Origin: Spirochaetia bacterium
Lineage (GTDB): Bacteria; Spirochaetota; Spirochaetia; SZUA-6; Bin103
DNA length: 64,000 bases
Reading direction: 5' to 3'
Assembly: GCA_965198005.1 (NCBI GenBank)
Contig: CBDAOI010000002.1
Span: 1-64,000, forward strand
Shown: positions 18,880-28,904 of the stretch, piece after piece
How the letters are laid out: each line of letters starts with the position of its first letter
Position numbering within the stretch: the first letter of the stretch is position 1
Notes under the pieces: model-generated
What the model saw: the letters and a program-made list of their open reading frames with translations, nothing else
Databases searched by the model: none
What the model was told of the DNA's origin: nothing
Program-made: the position numbers and the translations under genes

Positions 18880-19139
18880 AGGTAGCGCTGCCACGTCATG
18901 CCGCCGCTTCATCGGCCGCGGCAGAGTTCGTAATCGGTGACCTCCAGCCGTGGCGCCCTCCCTGGCGCCACGGCTGGCATACGGCCCACAGACCACGACA
19001 CGAGGTCGGGGGCTGTGGGCTGCTTCCCTGGTCCGGAGGGGGGGCCCGGAAGGCGACCGAGCAGGTTGGCGAGCGCCGGGCTGCGCATGGGCGTTGCCTT
19101 GCCGGTCAGCGGGAAAGGGGATGCACCGATCTCGACCCA

Positions 19140-19366
19140 GGTGTGCGGCACCACCCAGTAGTCCATGACTGTGGCGAACAGGTCGGATGGCCGCTCGCGA
19201 AACAGCACCACCAGCGAGCTGCGCTTGACCAGCCACAACGTGCGCCGCGCCAGCGCGCCTGGGGCGGGATGCCCTCGTGCACTGCCGCCGAGGCGAACAG
19301 CCCCTCGGCCCGGCAGAGCCGTGCGTGCTTGCCGAACGCGCAGCCGACGAACACCTCGTCGGCATG
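19140..19366 (-). pseudogene. Deleted/frameshifted remnant of the SLOG/DprA-like gene at 24991-25572
   Basis: DEVFVGCAFG..RAEGLFASA and ALARRTLWLVKRSSLVVLF..DLFATV.DYWVVPHT shared, split across frames. Confidence 0.75.
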
Positions 19367-20304
19367 CACGTGTGGCTGCTATCGGCACGTTTTGCTACAC
19401 TCGAAACAGGGTATGTGTTCAAATACGGGGTTCAGGGGTCCGGGTGCTGTTATATCGTGGCAGCAAAAATAGTTACGGCATTTGAACCCGGATGTTCAGG
19501 TGTGTTCGGCTCGTTCAGGTGACGGCCTTCGTGGCGGTTGGCTCGACCGGCCGCGTTGGTAGATCATCATTGCTATACGAACGCCTCGGCGCCCTTGCGG
19601 TCCTGCACTGTCTGGCCGCCTGCTCGCCGCTGCCCAGCCGCAAGCTCTCGAACGCCAACGACTCGCTGATGTCGCGTGGTGCAAGCCCGCAACGTAAGTG
19701 CGGTCAGCTCAAGAACGTTAGCTCGATCCACGACTTTACGGCCGTTCACCGTACGCGATGGTCCTCCCAACGGAGCATCGCTGTCAACCTCGCAGGCAAA
19801 GTTTGCAAAGTTTTGTAACGTTTGCGCCTTCAGGGTAGCGGGGCATACCTACCGCGTGCTCCGTCCAAGTCGTCGGCAGCGCAGCGCCGGCAGCCAGTCC
19901 GGTGCTGCTCAACGCGGGGCTAACACGGGGATAGGAACCCGATTGCCGACATGAGCGGCGCCGTCGTCATATCCGAGCAACGGTAACTGACATGTCGTTG
20001 TTGCACGCGGCCCCTCCATGGGCCGCGCCGGCGGACCCGCGCCATGGAGGGCGCGGGCGATGGGAAGCGCCCAAGCCAGCGCACCGTCAGGCTCACCAGC
20101 GCCGGGAACTGCAAGCCGCCGACCAGACCGGTCAACTGGTGTCGTGCCGCCCCGCCTACAGCCACACCCATCCCTCGTTCATCAGTTCATCAACCGGCAA
20201 CCACGAACGATCCTGTTCGTCGTAAGGCCGTGGCGACGAGACAGCGCGAGCTCGCGGAAGGGATACCGAAACGGCCACACCCGAGCGCGAGTCGTCGGCC
20301 CTCA

Positions 20305-20830
20305 GAAGACCGGACCGACCTGGAGGTGCCGGCGGACCCGCACTCCTCCACCCGGTTCAGCCCGATTTGGCCAGAGACTGACCGCTGAGCACCGACAGCG
20401 TTTGGTCCGCCTCGCCGCGCAACGGCCAGCGAGGCAGCGGTAGCCTCGATCCTCCCCATTCTCCGGATGGCGAGGCTACGGATTCTTCGGCGGGGATGGC
20501 GCTCCCCAGGCCGGCCAGCCCGGTTGGTGAGAAGCTGACCGCAGACCCAGTAGCAGCGTCCGGTCAGCCAGCCGCGTGACCGGCCAGCCAGGCAGCGATA
20601 GTCTCGACCTCCGCATTTCCGGACGGCGGGCTCCAGATTTCTTCGGCGGACCGGGGCTCTCCAGCCCGGCCAGTCCAATTTGGTGAGGGACAGGCCGCTG
20701 ACCAACGGCAGCGTCGGTCAGCCTGCCACGCGACAGCCAGCAAAGCAGCCAAGCCCCGGTCCTCAGCTTTCTCCGATGGCGGCTCCGGATTCTCGGCGGC
20801 CAGTCTCGCTGCCATCCGGTCAGCGCCGAG
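20305..20830. repeat. Degenerate tandem repeat, period ~155 bp, 3-4 units
   Basis: Recurring (c/t)tccggatggcg..gct.cggatt(c)tcggcgg at 20461, 20617, 20770 and cagcgt.(c)ggtcagcc blocks. Confidence 0.65.
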
Positions 20831-20997
20831 CCCAGCAGCGGCTGATGAATCGATCCCGTAGATGGAATCATCAGGCCAGGCTGCCGACCGCTGGGCATAG
20901 GACAATAGGCTCCCCAAGGACCGAGCCTGCCTGTCACTCCACGCCGGTAGGTCGCCGAAGGGTGCTGCCCGAGCCTCCTCCGCTCCGCGGCAAGCTA

Positions 20998-21231
20998 TCA
21001 TACCGCCAGCAGTGCCGGCGGGACCGACGGCAGCTCCTCACGGAGGCAGTAGGTTCGATACTGGTCTAGTAGGGCGAGCTCAGTGTGCCAGTGTTCGAAC
21101 CGGTCGGGGTTCGGTAGCGCGCGTTGGTTGATGGAGCAGACGTACTTGACGGGCTTCAGGTGCCATGTCGGGGGGAATACGTCCCGCCAAAGCACGCTCC
21201 GATCTCCAGGGGCGACGGGCAGCGTCGTCAT
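20998..21231 (-). pseudogene. Collapsed remnant of a type I restriction S subunit (HsdS-like)
   Basis: W..VFPPTWHLKPVKYVCSIN (HsdS N-terminal-like) joined to LALLDQYRT (C-terminal helix-like). Confidence 0.45.
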
Positions 21232-21284
21232 TCCGTTGCCTCGGCCTGCATATCGGCGATGTCCGCTGGAAGCCGCCGCGGCAG

Positions 21285-21530
21285 TCAGGCCGCCACCTGG
21301 TCCCACTGGATAACCTCGACCACGGTGTGCTTCCGGCGGGCCTCGGCGACGATGGTATCCAGGCGCGCCGCCACGGCATCTTCGATCCAGGCCTCGCCGC
21401 ACTGCGAGCAGACCCGGGCCGGAACTCCGCGGACGACGACGACTCCGGTCTTCAGATCCACGGCAAAGACCGTCGTGCCCGGTTCATGCGGCCCCCCGCA
21501 CAGGGCACATCTGCCCTCGTTCGACTTCAT
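21285..21530 (-). CDS. YgiT-type zinc-finger protein (MqsA-like antitoxin)
   Basis: CALCGG...VVVRGVPARVCSQCGE. Confidence 0.85.
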   Translation of the reverse strand: MKSNEGRCALCGGPHEPGTTVFAVDLKTGVVVVRGVPARVCSQCGEAWIEDAVAARLDTIVAEARRKHTVVEVIQWDQVAA

Positions 21531-21668
21531 TAAGTCCTCCTTCGCGTCTTGTAGTCCGCCTCGAAATGCTCCAGATCCGGCCGGTAGGCGGTGATCACGT
21601 AGCCGATGCCCGCTTCCACATCGACAGCTGCGACAACGTGGAGGGGTTGCTGTCCCATGTGCAACAAG
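21530..21668 (-). pseudogene. C-terminal fragment of DUF4258 toxin, 5' part replaced by an IS end
   Basis: PLHVVAA...VITAYRPD...F..DYKTRR; upstream sequence matches the IS left end at ~10144. Confidence 0.7.
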
Positions 21669-21843
21669 GGACCTCTGCGGCGACCTCTTGCCATAGGAGA
21701 GAGCATGACAACCCTGGGATCGAGTGTCCAGCCGGTAGGCAACTTATTACATACTCATGACCTATACGACCACTTACGTGCCGTCCCGCCCGCCATTGCC
21801 CCCCACGCCGACCCTCTCAATTTTTGTTCACCGAGAATTGCTG
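21669..21843 (-). mobile_element. Isolated left end of the ISNCY-like IS
   Basis: Near-identical to ~10144-10317 including the IR. Confidence 0.88.
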
Positions 21844-22630
21844 GAGGCTGATAAGGGCGGGCATGGATCAGGGCGATACCCAGTTTGGCGCACACCAGAG
21901 ACAGCTGTTGGGAACGGTAATTGGCGCCGTTGTCGACAAATAGGCGGTGCGGCAAGCCGCGGCGGATCAGGGCCTGCTTGAACACCGGCAGGAAGGCGCC
22001 GGTGTTTTCTGCGCGGGCAAAGGCGGCGTACGGAATGACGCGAGTGGCGTCGTCGATGAAGGCGGTCAGGTAGGTCTTGTGGCGCCGGCGACCGTCGCTG
22101 ACCTTGGGGCCGTGCATGACATCGCTCATCCACATCTCGCCAGCGTATTTGAAGGTGAAGCGGCGGCGGTCGACGCCAAGCGGCTCGTCGGTGCGTTTGA
22201 GCATGAGCCCCTCGCGGCTGAGCAGGCGGTGCACGGTGGACGGCGGCAGGCGCAGGTGGTCGGGGAGTTGGCCGGAATCGAGGGCGCCGGCGATCACTTG
22301 GCGCACCGACCAAGTTGAGTGTTCGGCCTTGATGGCGACCAGGAGCTCGGCGATTTCGGGGGGCAGGCGGCGCGGCTGGCCGCGGTCGGCGCGCGGCTTG
22401 GGATAGAGCGCATCGACCCCACCCTGGCGGTAGTGGTGGAGCCAGTCGCGGATGGTCTCGGCGGCGATGCGGGTGCGCTGGGTGCCGGGGATGGTGTAGT
22501 CCTGCTCGGCCTTGGCTTGCAGCTTGGCGCCGATGCCGGGGGAGCCAGGCGGGAGCAGCAACAGATCGGCGATGATGCGGTAGCGGAACAGCGCGATGTC
22601 GCGCCGCAGGTGGTCATCAGGAACATGCAT
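21844..22630 (-). pseudogene. DDE integrase/Mu-like (IS481-related) transposase, 3'-truncated by the IS end
   Basis: IALFRY, PKPRADRG, WMSDVMHGP, FIDDATR, LFVDNGANY, HARPYQP then IS sequence. Confidence 0.85.
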
Positions 22631-22683
22631 GAGAGGTCCTCCTCGTGGTTTTGCGGGCCTTGTGGCCCGCTGTTGAGGGGAAA

Positions 22684-23307
22684 TTACCGCGCCAGCGGCG
22701 GGGGTCCAGGCCCCTGGTGTTGTTGGAAAGCAGATTTTTGATTTCCAGCGCCGATTTCGTGGGGGCGAAAACCGAGCGGGGCCGGCAGCCGCGCCAGCCA
22801 AGGGGCAGTCACCTCGCGCAACTCCAGCAACGCCGTCGTGGTGTCCAGCCGCTCGCGGACGGCGGCCACGTCGGGGAGGCAGCCCGCCAACTGGTCCGGC
22901 AGCAGGCCAATCACATGCCGCAGGGCGTTGTGCACCAGGCGCACCCGGCGGCGCAGCCAACGCAACGCGCCCGGCAGTTCGATCTCATGCGGGCGCAGTT
23001 GGTCTGCGGCACTGATCAGACTCGGCGCTTGCTCGACCGCAGCAACCACCGCTTCAAGCTCCTTGAGCGTCCCCGGCAGCCGCGCTGCCAAGCAATCGGG
23101 CAGTAAACTGAATGTGGTGTGAGACTCAGAACAGTACCAGCGGGGAATCCGTGTGCCGGCCGGTGTCTTGCGTGGGTAGGTGCCGTGACGGGCGAACGAG
23201 CATCCGCCGTCCGGATGATTGGGGCACCGCTCCAGCCTTGCATCGCACCAGGCTTCGGCGCTAACGTACTCCTCGCCGGTGTGCCCCGATTGGTATCGAA
23301 GTTGCAC
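22684..23307 (-). CDS. Transposase-associated Cys/His-rich accessory protein (DUF6431-like)
   Basis: RCPNHPDGGC..ARHGTYPRK...RWYC...TTFSLLPDCLA, directly upstream of the DDE transposase. Confidence 0.7.
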   Translation of the reverse strand: MQLRYQSGHTGEEYVSAEAWCDARLERCPNHPDGGCSFARHGTYPRKTPAGTRIPRWYCSESHTTFSLLPDCLAARLPGTLKELEAVVAAVEQAPSLISAADQLRPHEIELPGALRWLRRRVRLVHNALRHVIGLLPDQLAGCLPDVAAVRERLDTTTALLELREVTAPWLARLPAPLGFRPHEIGAGNQKSAFQQHQGPGPPPLAR

Positions 23308-24483
23308 CGGCCACGGCCCGGCGGGCCTGAGACCCGCGCGGGCCACTTTTCTCCTCGCTGGTTATGGATTATGCTACGAAAGAGATAGCCCGGTCAGGAG
23401 GGGTATCGGGAAACCGTCCGCTGAGCCGTGTATTCTGCGGCCCCGGCACCTGTGAGAGTGCCCCTGCGTTAGACCGCTTTCCACCGTCTTCCCAGCCGAT
23501 CCGTCAGTGAATCAATCCGAGTAGAAAGCTTGGGTTTCTAACGACTTACCGTGGGATACAACACCGCGACAGGGACGTCGTGGGCTGGGAGCGGTTGCTG
23601 CGATTTTCCGGAGGCGCGCCCGGAAAGCGCCCGACCAGGTCAACGAGCGCCGGGCTGTGTATGGGCGTGACCTGGCCGGTCAGCTCGAAGCAGCGCCTGG
23701 CATCGTAGTGTCGGCGCATCATCGGGCATCACAGACCCAGTCGGCGAAGTGTACAGGTAACTGATCACACGACTGACGCGTCGTCCGTTCCTGGGCCCCG
23801 TCCATGGGGCCCAACACAGGCGTTCCCGCGCCATGGAGGGCGCGGGTGATTGCGCGCGTCCGGAGTCACCACCCATCACGCTCACCAGCGACGGGTCATG
23901 GAACCCGCTGACCGAACCGGTCAGTCTGAAAGCAGCGACTGGCATCGCAGGGTCTGTGCATCATCGTGGCGAAGTTCGGAGGCCGCGCCACACGAGCCGT
24001 GAACCCGCTCCCCACCGACCGTCGGCGGGCCGCTCGGGGAACAACACCACTGACCTCGGGGTGAGTCCGGCGGGGAAGCCGGGCACCAGGTAAACTCTTC
24101 ACACGACTGACGCGTCGTCCGTTCGTGGGCCCGGTCCGACGCGTCCGCCGCGCATCCGGAGGGAGCTGCATTCGGAGAGAAGTGGCCCTCGCGGCCGAGC
24201 GACGCTGACTAAGAACGTCGGTCGGTGTCGTGCTCTGGCGCGATAGGAGACCAAGGAAGGATGGCGCATCACTACGGAGAGCAGGCCGAGGTTCGTCTGC
24301 ACTCCGCTTGTCGAAGGGGCCTTCGCGCTCCCTCTGAATCGCCCAATGGGCCCTTTTGCCGGATCACAGGTATCGCCATTGTGCTGATGTCGCGGGCGCA
24401 CCGTTAGTGACGGTTGGCCGGGTGGTGCCCGACCGGATCGTGGCGGCGTGAGCCGGCAGCGGCAATGGGCTGGTGGGCTCGCG

Positions 24484-24696
24484 TCACAGATCCTCTGGGG
24501 TTATTCCGGTCCGTCGGGCGATGCGTGCAAGCATCTTCGGACCGATCTCCTCACTGTCGTGAAAGGCAAATGAGTAATTGGGCCAACCGGGCTTGGTGAG
24601 CGTGCGGTGGGAGCCGGACTGTCTTTTGACGGTCCAACCGATCTTCAGTAGGGCGGAGAGAACTCGCCGTGCACGAGTGCTCGGCCACTGCTTCAC
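24484..24696 (-). CDS. hicA: HicA toxin
   Basis: LLKIGWTVKRQSGSHRTL...FAFHDSEEIGPKMLARI. Confidence 0.92.
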   Translation of the reverse strand: MKQWPSTRARRVLSALLKIGWTVKRQSGSHRTLTKPGWPNYSFAFHDSEEIGPKMLARIARRTGITPEDL

Positions 24697-24908
24697 GCCG
24701 CGTCGAAGGAGATGTTGAGAAGCTCCGGACCGGCCTCGGCGTGCTCGAGCTGATCGGCCACGACTCGCAGAGCCAGCGCCTGGACCTTGGCTTTGGCGTG
24801 GTCCGGGGAGCTCCCGTAGGTCATGACACCGGGCAGTTCAAGCACTTCGGCAATCCAGCGTTGGTCCTGCTCTTGCTCTATCTCGATGGTGAACTTCACG
24901 GTCGACAC
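24693..24908 (-). CDS. hicB: HicB antitoxin (short form)
   Basis: FTIEIEQEQDQRWIAEVLELPGVMTYG; overlaps hicA start. Confidence 0.9.
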   Translation of the reverse strand: MSTVKFTIEIEQEQDQRWIAEVLELPGVMTYGSSPDHAKAKVQALALRVVADQLEHAEAGPELLNISFDAA

Positions 24909-24911
24909 ATT

Positions 24912-24953
24912 CTAACTGTACACGATAGTAAGCTAACTGTACACGATAGTAAG
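24912..24953. repeat. Perfect 21-bp tandem duplication upstream of hicB
   Basis: ctaactgtacacgatagtaag x2. Confidence 0.95.
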
Positions 24954-24990
24954 CGAGCCGACCGGACCGTGACGGTGTGCCACGAGACTC

Positions 24991-25572
24991 TCATGTGGAG
25001 CTGGGCTGTCGCGGACAGCCAGCAAAACATGACTCGCAGAGGCCGTCGATGAAGGTATGCGGCACCACCCAGTAGCCGTCGACCGTGGCGAACAGGTCGG
25101 CGGCCGCCACCCGACAGAACGCCGGAGCGACAGGCGGCCGTGAGGCCACCACGAAGGTCGGCTTGAGGTGGTAGAGCGCCGAGCGATAGGCAAGCCGCGA
25201 GCCCGGACCCCACTGCCGGTCGGCAGGGCGCTCGGGGAACAGCACCACCAGCGAGCTGCGCTTGACCAGCCACAGGGTGCGCCGCGCCAGCGCTGCGTTG
25301 GGCGGGATGCCCTCGGGCACCACCGCCGAGGCGAACAGCCCCTCGGCCCGGCAGCGCCGTGCGCGCTGGCCGAACGCGCAGCCGACGAACACCTCGTCGG
25401 GGCCGCACGCTGAGTGGGCCAGCGCCGCGCGGAACGCCGCATCGACGCCGGCCGCGCAGCCCACGAAGAACCCGAACCCGTGGCGGCGGAACCGCTCGAC
25501 CAGCGCGCGGCAGACCGGCTGCTCCACCTGCCCGCGGCGGCTGCCGGCAAACAGCACCGAGCGCGCCGCCAC
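24991..25572 (-). CDS. SLOG/DprA-like Rossmann-fold protein, N-terminus possibly cut by ISKra4
   Basis: VLFAGSR, VGCAAGVDAA, LARRT.WLV...VVLF, GS..AY..A...KPTFV. Confidence 0.6.
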   Translation of the reverse strand: MAARSVLFAGSRRGQVEQPVCRALVERFRRHGFGFFVGCAAGVDAAFRAALAHSACGPDEVFVGCAFGQRARRCRAEGLFASAVVPEGIPPNAALARRTLWLVKRSSLVVLFPERPADRQWGPGSRLAYRSALYHLKPTFVVASRPPVAPAFCRVAAADLFATVDGYWVVPHTFIDGLCESCFAGCPRQPSST

Positions 25573-25804
25573 CTTGAACCGCAGCGCCGGCTGACCGGAA
25601 AGCTGAAGGGTGTGGCTCTTTTGGGACGACCTGTATATTCAATAGCAGGAATGACTTAGCCTAAATCCGGCCCGGCCTTGGCGGACGTCTCGCGGCACCT
25701 ATGCGCGCTGCGGCCCCATAGGTCCCACTTTTTTGCGCGGCCGGGCTGGACAAATCCAGCGCGAGGCCGTACCTTGTCCCCATTCCGGTATGGGAGGGGA
25801 GCGG

Positions 25805-26458
25805 ATGGATACCAACCGCAGGTGCCTGCGGAGTGCCGGCAGAACATTCAGCGAGGCCGAGCTGCAGGTCGTCACCGAGGTGGTCGACACCGGCGGCAGC
25901 CGCAGTCGTACGCAACTCATGGTGCGGGTGTGCCAGCGGCTCCAGTGGCGCCGCCCGACGGGCGCCCTGGGCTATCGCATGCCGTTCGGCGCGCAGTTGC
26001 GGTACTTGGCGTTCGTGTGCCAGCCCACCCGGACGGTGGTGGCTGCGCTGCAGCTGTCGTCGCCGGCGTGGCGGCTGGCGGCGCACGACCGCTGGATCGG
26101 TTGGGACGAACCGACCCGGCAGCGCAATCTGCAACGGGTGGTCAACAACAGTCGCTTCCTGGTGCTGCCGTGGGTGCGGGTGCGGAACCTGGCCAGCCGG
26201 CTGCTGGCGTTGCTGGCCCGGCGGCTGGCGGCCGATTGGCAGGCGCGGTTCGCGGTCGAGCCGCTGCTGCTGGAGACGCTGGTGGATGGCAGCCGGTTTG
26301 CCGGCACCTGCTACCGGGCTGCGAACTGGATCGAGTTGGGCGACACTGCCGGTCGGGGGCGGATGGATCGCGCCCATGCGCGCCATGGCCAAGCACCGAA
26401 GCGGGTGCTGGTGTATCCTCTGGTGGCGGACGCTCAGCGCCGGTTGGTGGAGGCCTGA
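25805..26458 (+). CDS. DUF4338 (Druantia DruA-like) protein with internal deletion
   Basis: GAQLRYL, DRWIGW, VNNSRFLVLPWV..NLASRLL, LETLVD..FAGTCYRAANW; lacks the middle segment present in 39319-40194. Confidence 0.78.
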   Translation: MDTNRRCLRSAGRTFSEAELQVVTEVVDTGGSRSRTQLMVRVCQRLQWRRPTGALGYRMPFGAQLRYLAFVCQPTRTVVAALQLSSPAWRLAAHDRWIGWDEPTRQRNLQRVVNNSRFLVLPWVRVRNLASRLLALLARRLAADWQARFAVEPLLLETLVDGSRFAGTCYRAANWIELGDTAGRGRMDRAHARHGQAPKRVLVYPLVADAQRRLVEA

Positions 26459-26461
26459 GCG

Positions 26462-28431
26462 GTGGGCGCTGCGGTGGCTTGGGCGCCGGAGCCGGCTGAC
26501 CCGTTCGCCGCCTGTCACGCGCGGTTCGAGCAGGTGCTGCAGGTGGCAGGCAGTCAGGAGCTTCCCACCGGGCGGGGCCCGGCGTGGTCATGCAAGAAAC
26601 TGTTGTTTCTTAGGAGCTTTCCCACGGAGTTGGATGAAGATCACAGGCCGTCGAGCGTTGGTGTGAGCGCCCTGCTGGCCGGTGCACCAGATCCTGGAGG
26701 CGGGTCCCGGGGCTTGTGACGTTGACATTGGTGAGATCGCGGACTGGCATCGTCCGGTCGCGATCATCCCGTTCAGAAGAATACCTGTCGTTCACGCCCC
26801 GCCGCGCCATCCACCCATCACGCAGGAGGACAGCAGGGCGCCACCAGACAGCCATTCAGTTCCTTGAACGCTCATTCCTGACTTGTTTGTTTCTGCAACA
26901 GATGAAGCACAGTGAGCTGGAGCGACTGCTGGCCGCGGAGGGCCAGGAGTTGATGCGCCAGGTTTACCAAGCCTGTCTCGATCAGCGGGCGCAGGCTGAG
27001 GTCAACGACGAGGTGGTGGACGCGCAGGGCAAGCAGCGCACCCGCCAGCGGACGCAGCGCCGCGAGTTGGAGACGATCTTCGGCACGGTCGAGGTCGGGC
27101 GCACCGGCTACGGCGCGGAGGGCGAAGCGAGTCTGCACCCGTTGGACGCGCAGTTGAACCTTCCCGACGAGCGCTACTCGCTGGAGGTGCGGCGCAGAGT
27201 TGCGCTGGAAGCGTCGAAGAATTCGTTCGACGAGACGGTGGAGACGCTGAGTCGCTACACCGGGGCTGAGATCGGCAAGCGGCAGGTTGAAGAACTGGTC
27301 GGGCGGGCGGCGCAGGACTTCGACGCCTTCTACGAGCAGCGGCATCACCAGGCAGCCGCGGCCGAGGCAACTGCGGCCGAGGCAACCGCGACCCAGGCAA
27401 CCGCGGCGCCGCCTGCGGCCACGGATGCAGTGCCTACGGATGGCCTGCTGGTGATAACCGGCGACGCGAAGGGTGTGGTGATGCACCGGGAGGACCTGCG
27501 TCCGGCGACGCGCACGGCCAGCGAGCGCACCCCGCGCAGCAAGCTGAACACCCGGCTGAGCAAGGGCGAGAAACGCAACCGCAAGCGCATGGCCATGGTG
27601 GCGGCGGTGTACGCGGTGGCGGTCCAGGTGCGTACGCCCGAGCAGATGCTCGCCGTGCTCGCCAGGGACGAAGAAGCGGAACCGAGACCCGCGCGTCCCC
27701 GTCCGCAGCACAAGCGGGTATGGGCGAGCCTGGAGCAGGAACCCCGCGAGGTGTTGGAGGAGGCGTTTCGCGAAGCGTTGCAGCGGGACCCGCAGGGTAC
27801 CCAGAGATGGGTTGCCGTGGTTGACGGCAACGAGACCCAGTTGACCATCCTCAAACAGCTGGCCGAGCACTACGGAGTGGGACTGACGATCGTGCTCGAC
27901 ATCTTTCATGTGCTGGAATACCTGTGGAAGGCGGGTCACGCGTTGGCGGCTGAAGGCAGCGACGAGTTGGAACAGTGGGTGTTGCAACGCCTCGGGCGGG
28001 TGCTGGAAGGCCGCGCTCCTCAGGTGGCTGCCGGCATGCGCCGCAGTGCCACCAAGCGGCGCTTGGCGACGCGCAAGCGCGAGCCGGTCGACCGGTGCGC
28101 CAACTACCTGCTGAAGTACCAGGACTACTTGGCCTACGACCAGTACCTCGCAGCCGGGTTCCCGATTGGTTCCGGAGTCATTGAGGGAGCATGTCGCCAC
28201 TTGGTCAAAGACCGGCTGGGGATCACCGGTGCGCGCTGGCGGCTGCGCGGAGCGGAGGCGGTGCTGCGCCTCAGGGCGCTTCGTTCCAGTGGTGATTTCG
28301 ACGAGTACTGGAGGTTCCACGAGGCGCGGGAGTGGGAGCGTACCCATCGGCAGCGCTACGCCGACGGACGGGTGCCGTCGCTCCAGCAGCCGAACACCGG
28401 GCGGCCCCGCCTGCGCATCGTCCGGGAGTAG
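26462..28431 (+). pseudogene. ISKra4 transposase interrupted by a 332-bp insertion
   Basis: DPFAAC..F...GSQEL | QQMKHSELE; LETIFGTV, PLDAQLNLP, DAKGVVM, VDGN, LDIFHVLEYLW, GFPIGSGVIEGACRHLVKDR. Confidence 0.88.
26563..26894 (+). mobile_element. ORF-less 332-bp insertion flanked by duplicated CT (candidate non-autonomous IS110-type element)
   Basis: Removal restores GAG CTG CAA CAG ATG in frame; no terminal IR; orphan AGGAGG near its 3' end. Confidence 0.6.
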
Positions 28432-28904
28432 CGTCAGCCAGCTCAGGCCCCAGTCCAGTCCCCTCGCTCACTACCCCAAACTCAGCACCGACAGTCCTGT
28501 GTACGTCGCCGCAAGAGCCTCCGTTCCCGCGGGCATCTCACCACTCGATCGCTGTGCGCAGCATCCGTCTGACAGGCCGAGTCCCAGCCCGGCTCCCGGC
28601 CCCCACGCGCCCACCGCCAACGCGCTTACCCGGGCGGCCGAGCGCACACGCACGAGTGTGAATGCCTGCTCCCTCGCAGGCCGCCTCACCCCTCTGAGGT
28701 CGTCGCAAAAGAGCCACACCCGCCAGAATTCCCGAGGCCTTCAAGGATTCGTGTTACGACGGACGAAGTCCACAGCCTGCTCGACCAAACCTGCTTCGAT
28801 GCCAAATCGTGGTTCCGCCACGGGCTGCCAGCGCGGTCAGTACTCCTCCTGCGCCTCCCTGCTCAACTCACCGCTCGCGCGGTGTGATAGGGCTGCCGAT
28901 CCGG

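Larger units (their letters stand above)
21844..23571 (-). mobile_element. Truncated multi-gene DDE element, left end TGTCGCGGTGTTG
   Basis: TGT-type terminus at 23571, accessory gene and transposase; right half missing. Confidence 0.6.
25608..28721 (+). mobile_element. ISKra4-family element with DUF4338 passenger
   Basis: IR GGGTGTGGCTCTTTTG at 25608 and CAAAAGAGCCACACCC ending 28721. Confidence 0.85.

Noticed and set aside
19381-19520. AT-richer stretch with GTTCA repeats as an origin or att site
   Set aside because: No regular iterons and no adjacent rep or integrase gene; insufficient support
26716-26894. N-terminal extension of the 571-aa transposase ORF
   Set aside because: It is read-through from the 332-bp insertion; the true N-terminus starts at 26462
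27355-27410. 15-bp repeats encoding AAEAT in the ISKra4 transposase
   Set aside because: Ordinary low-complexity linker expansion
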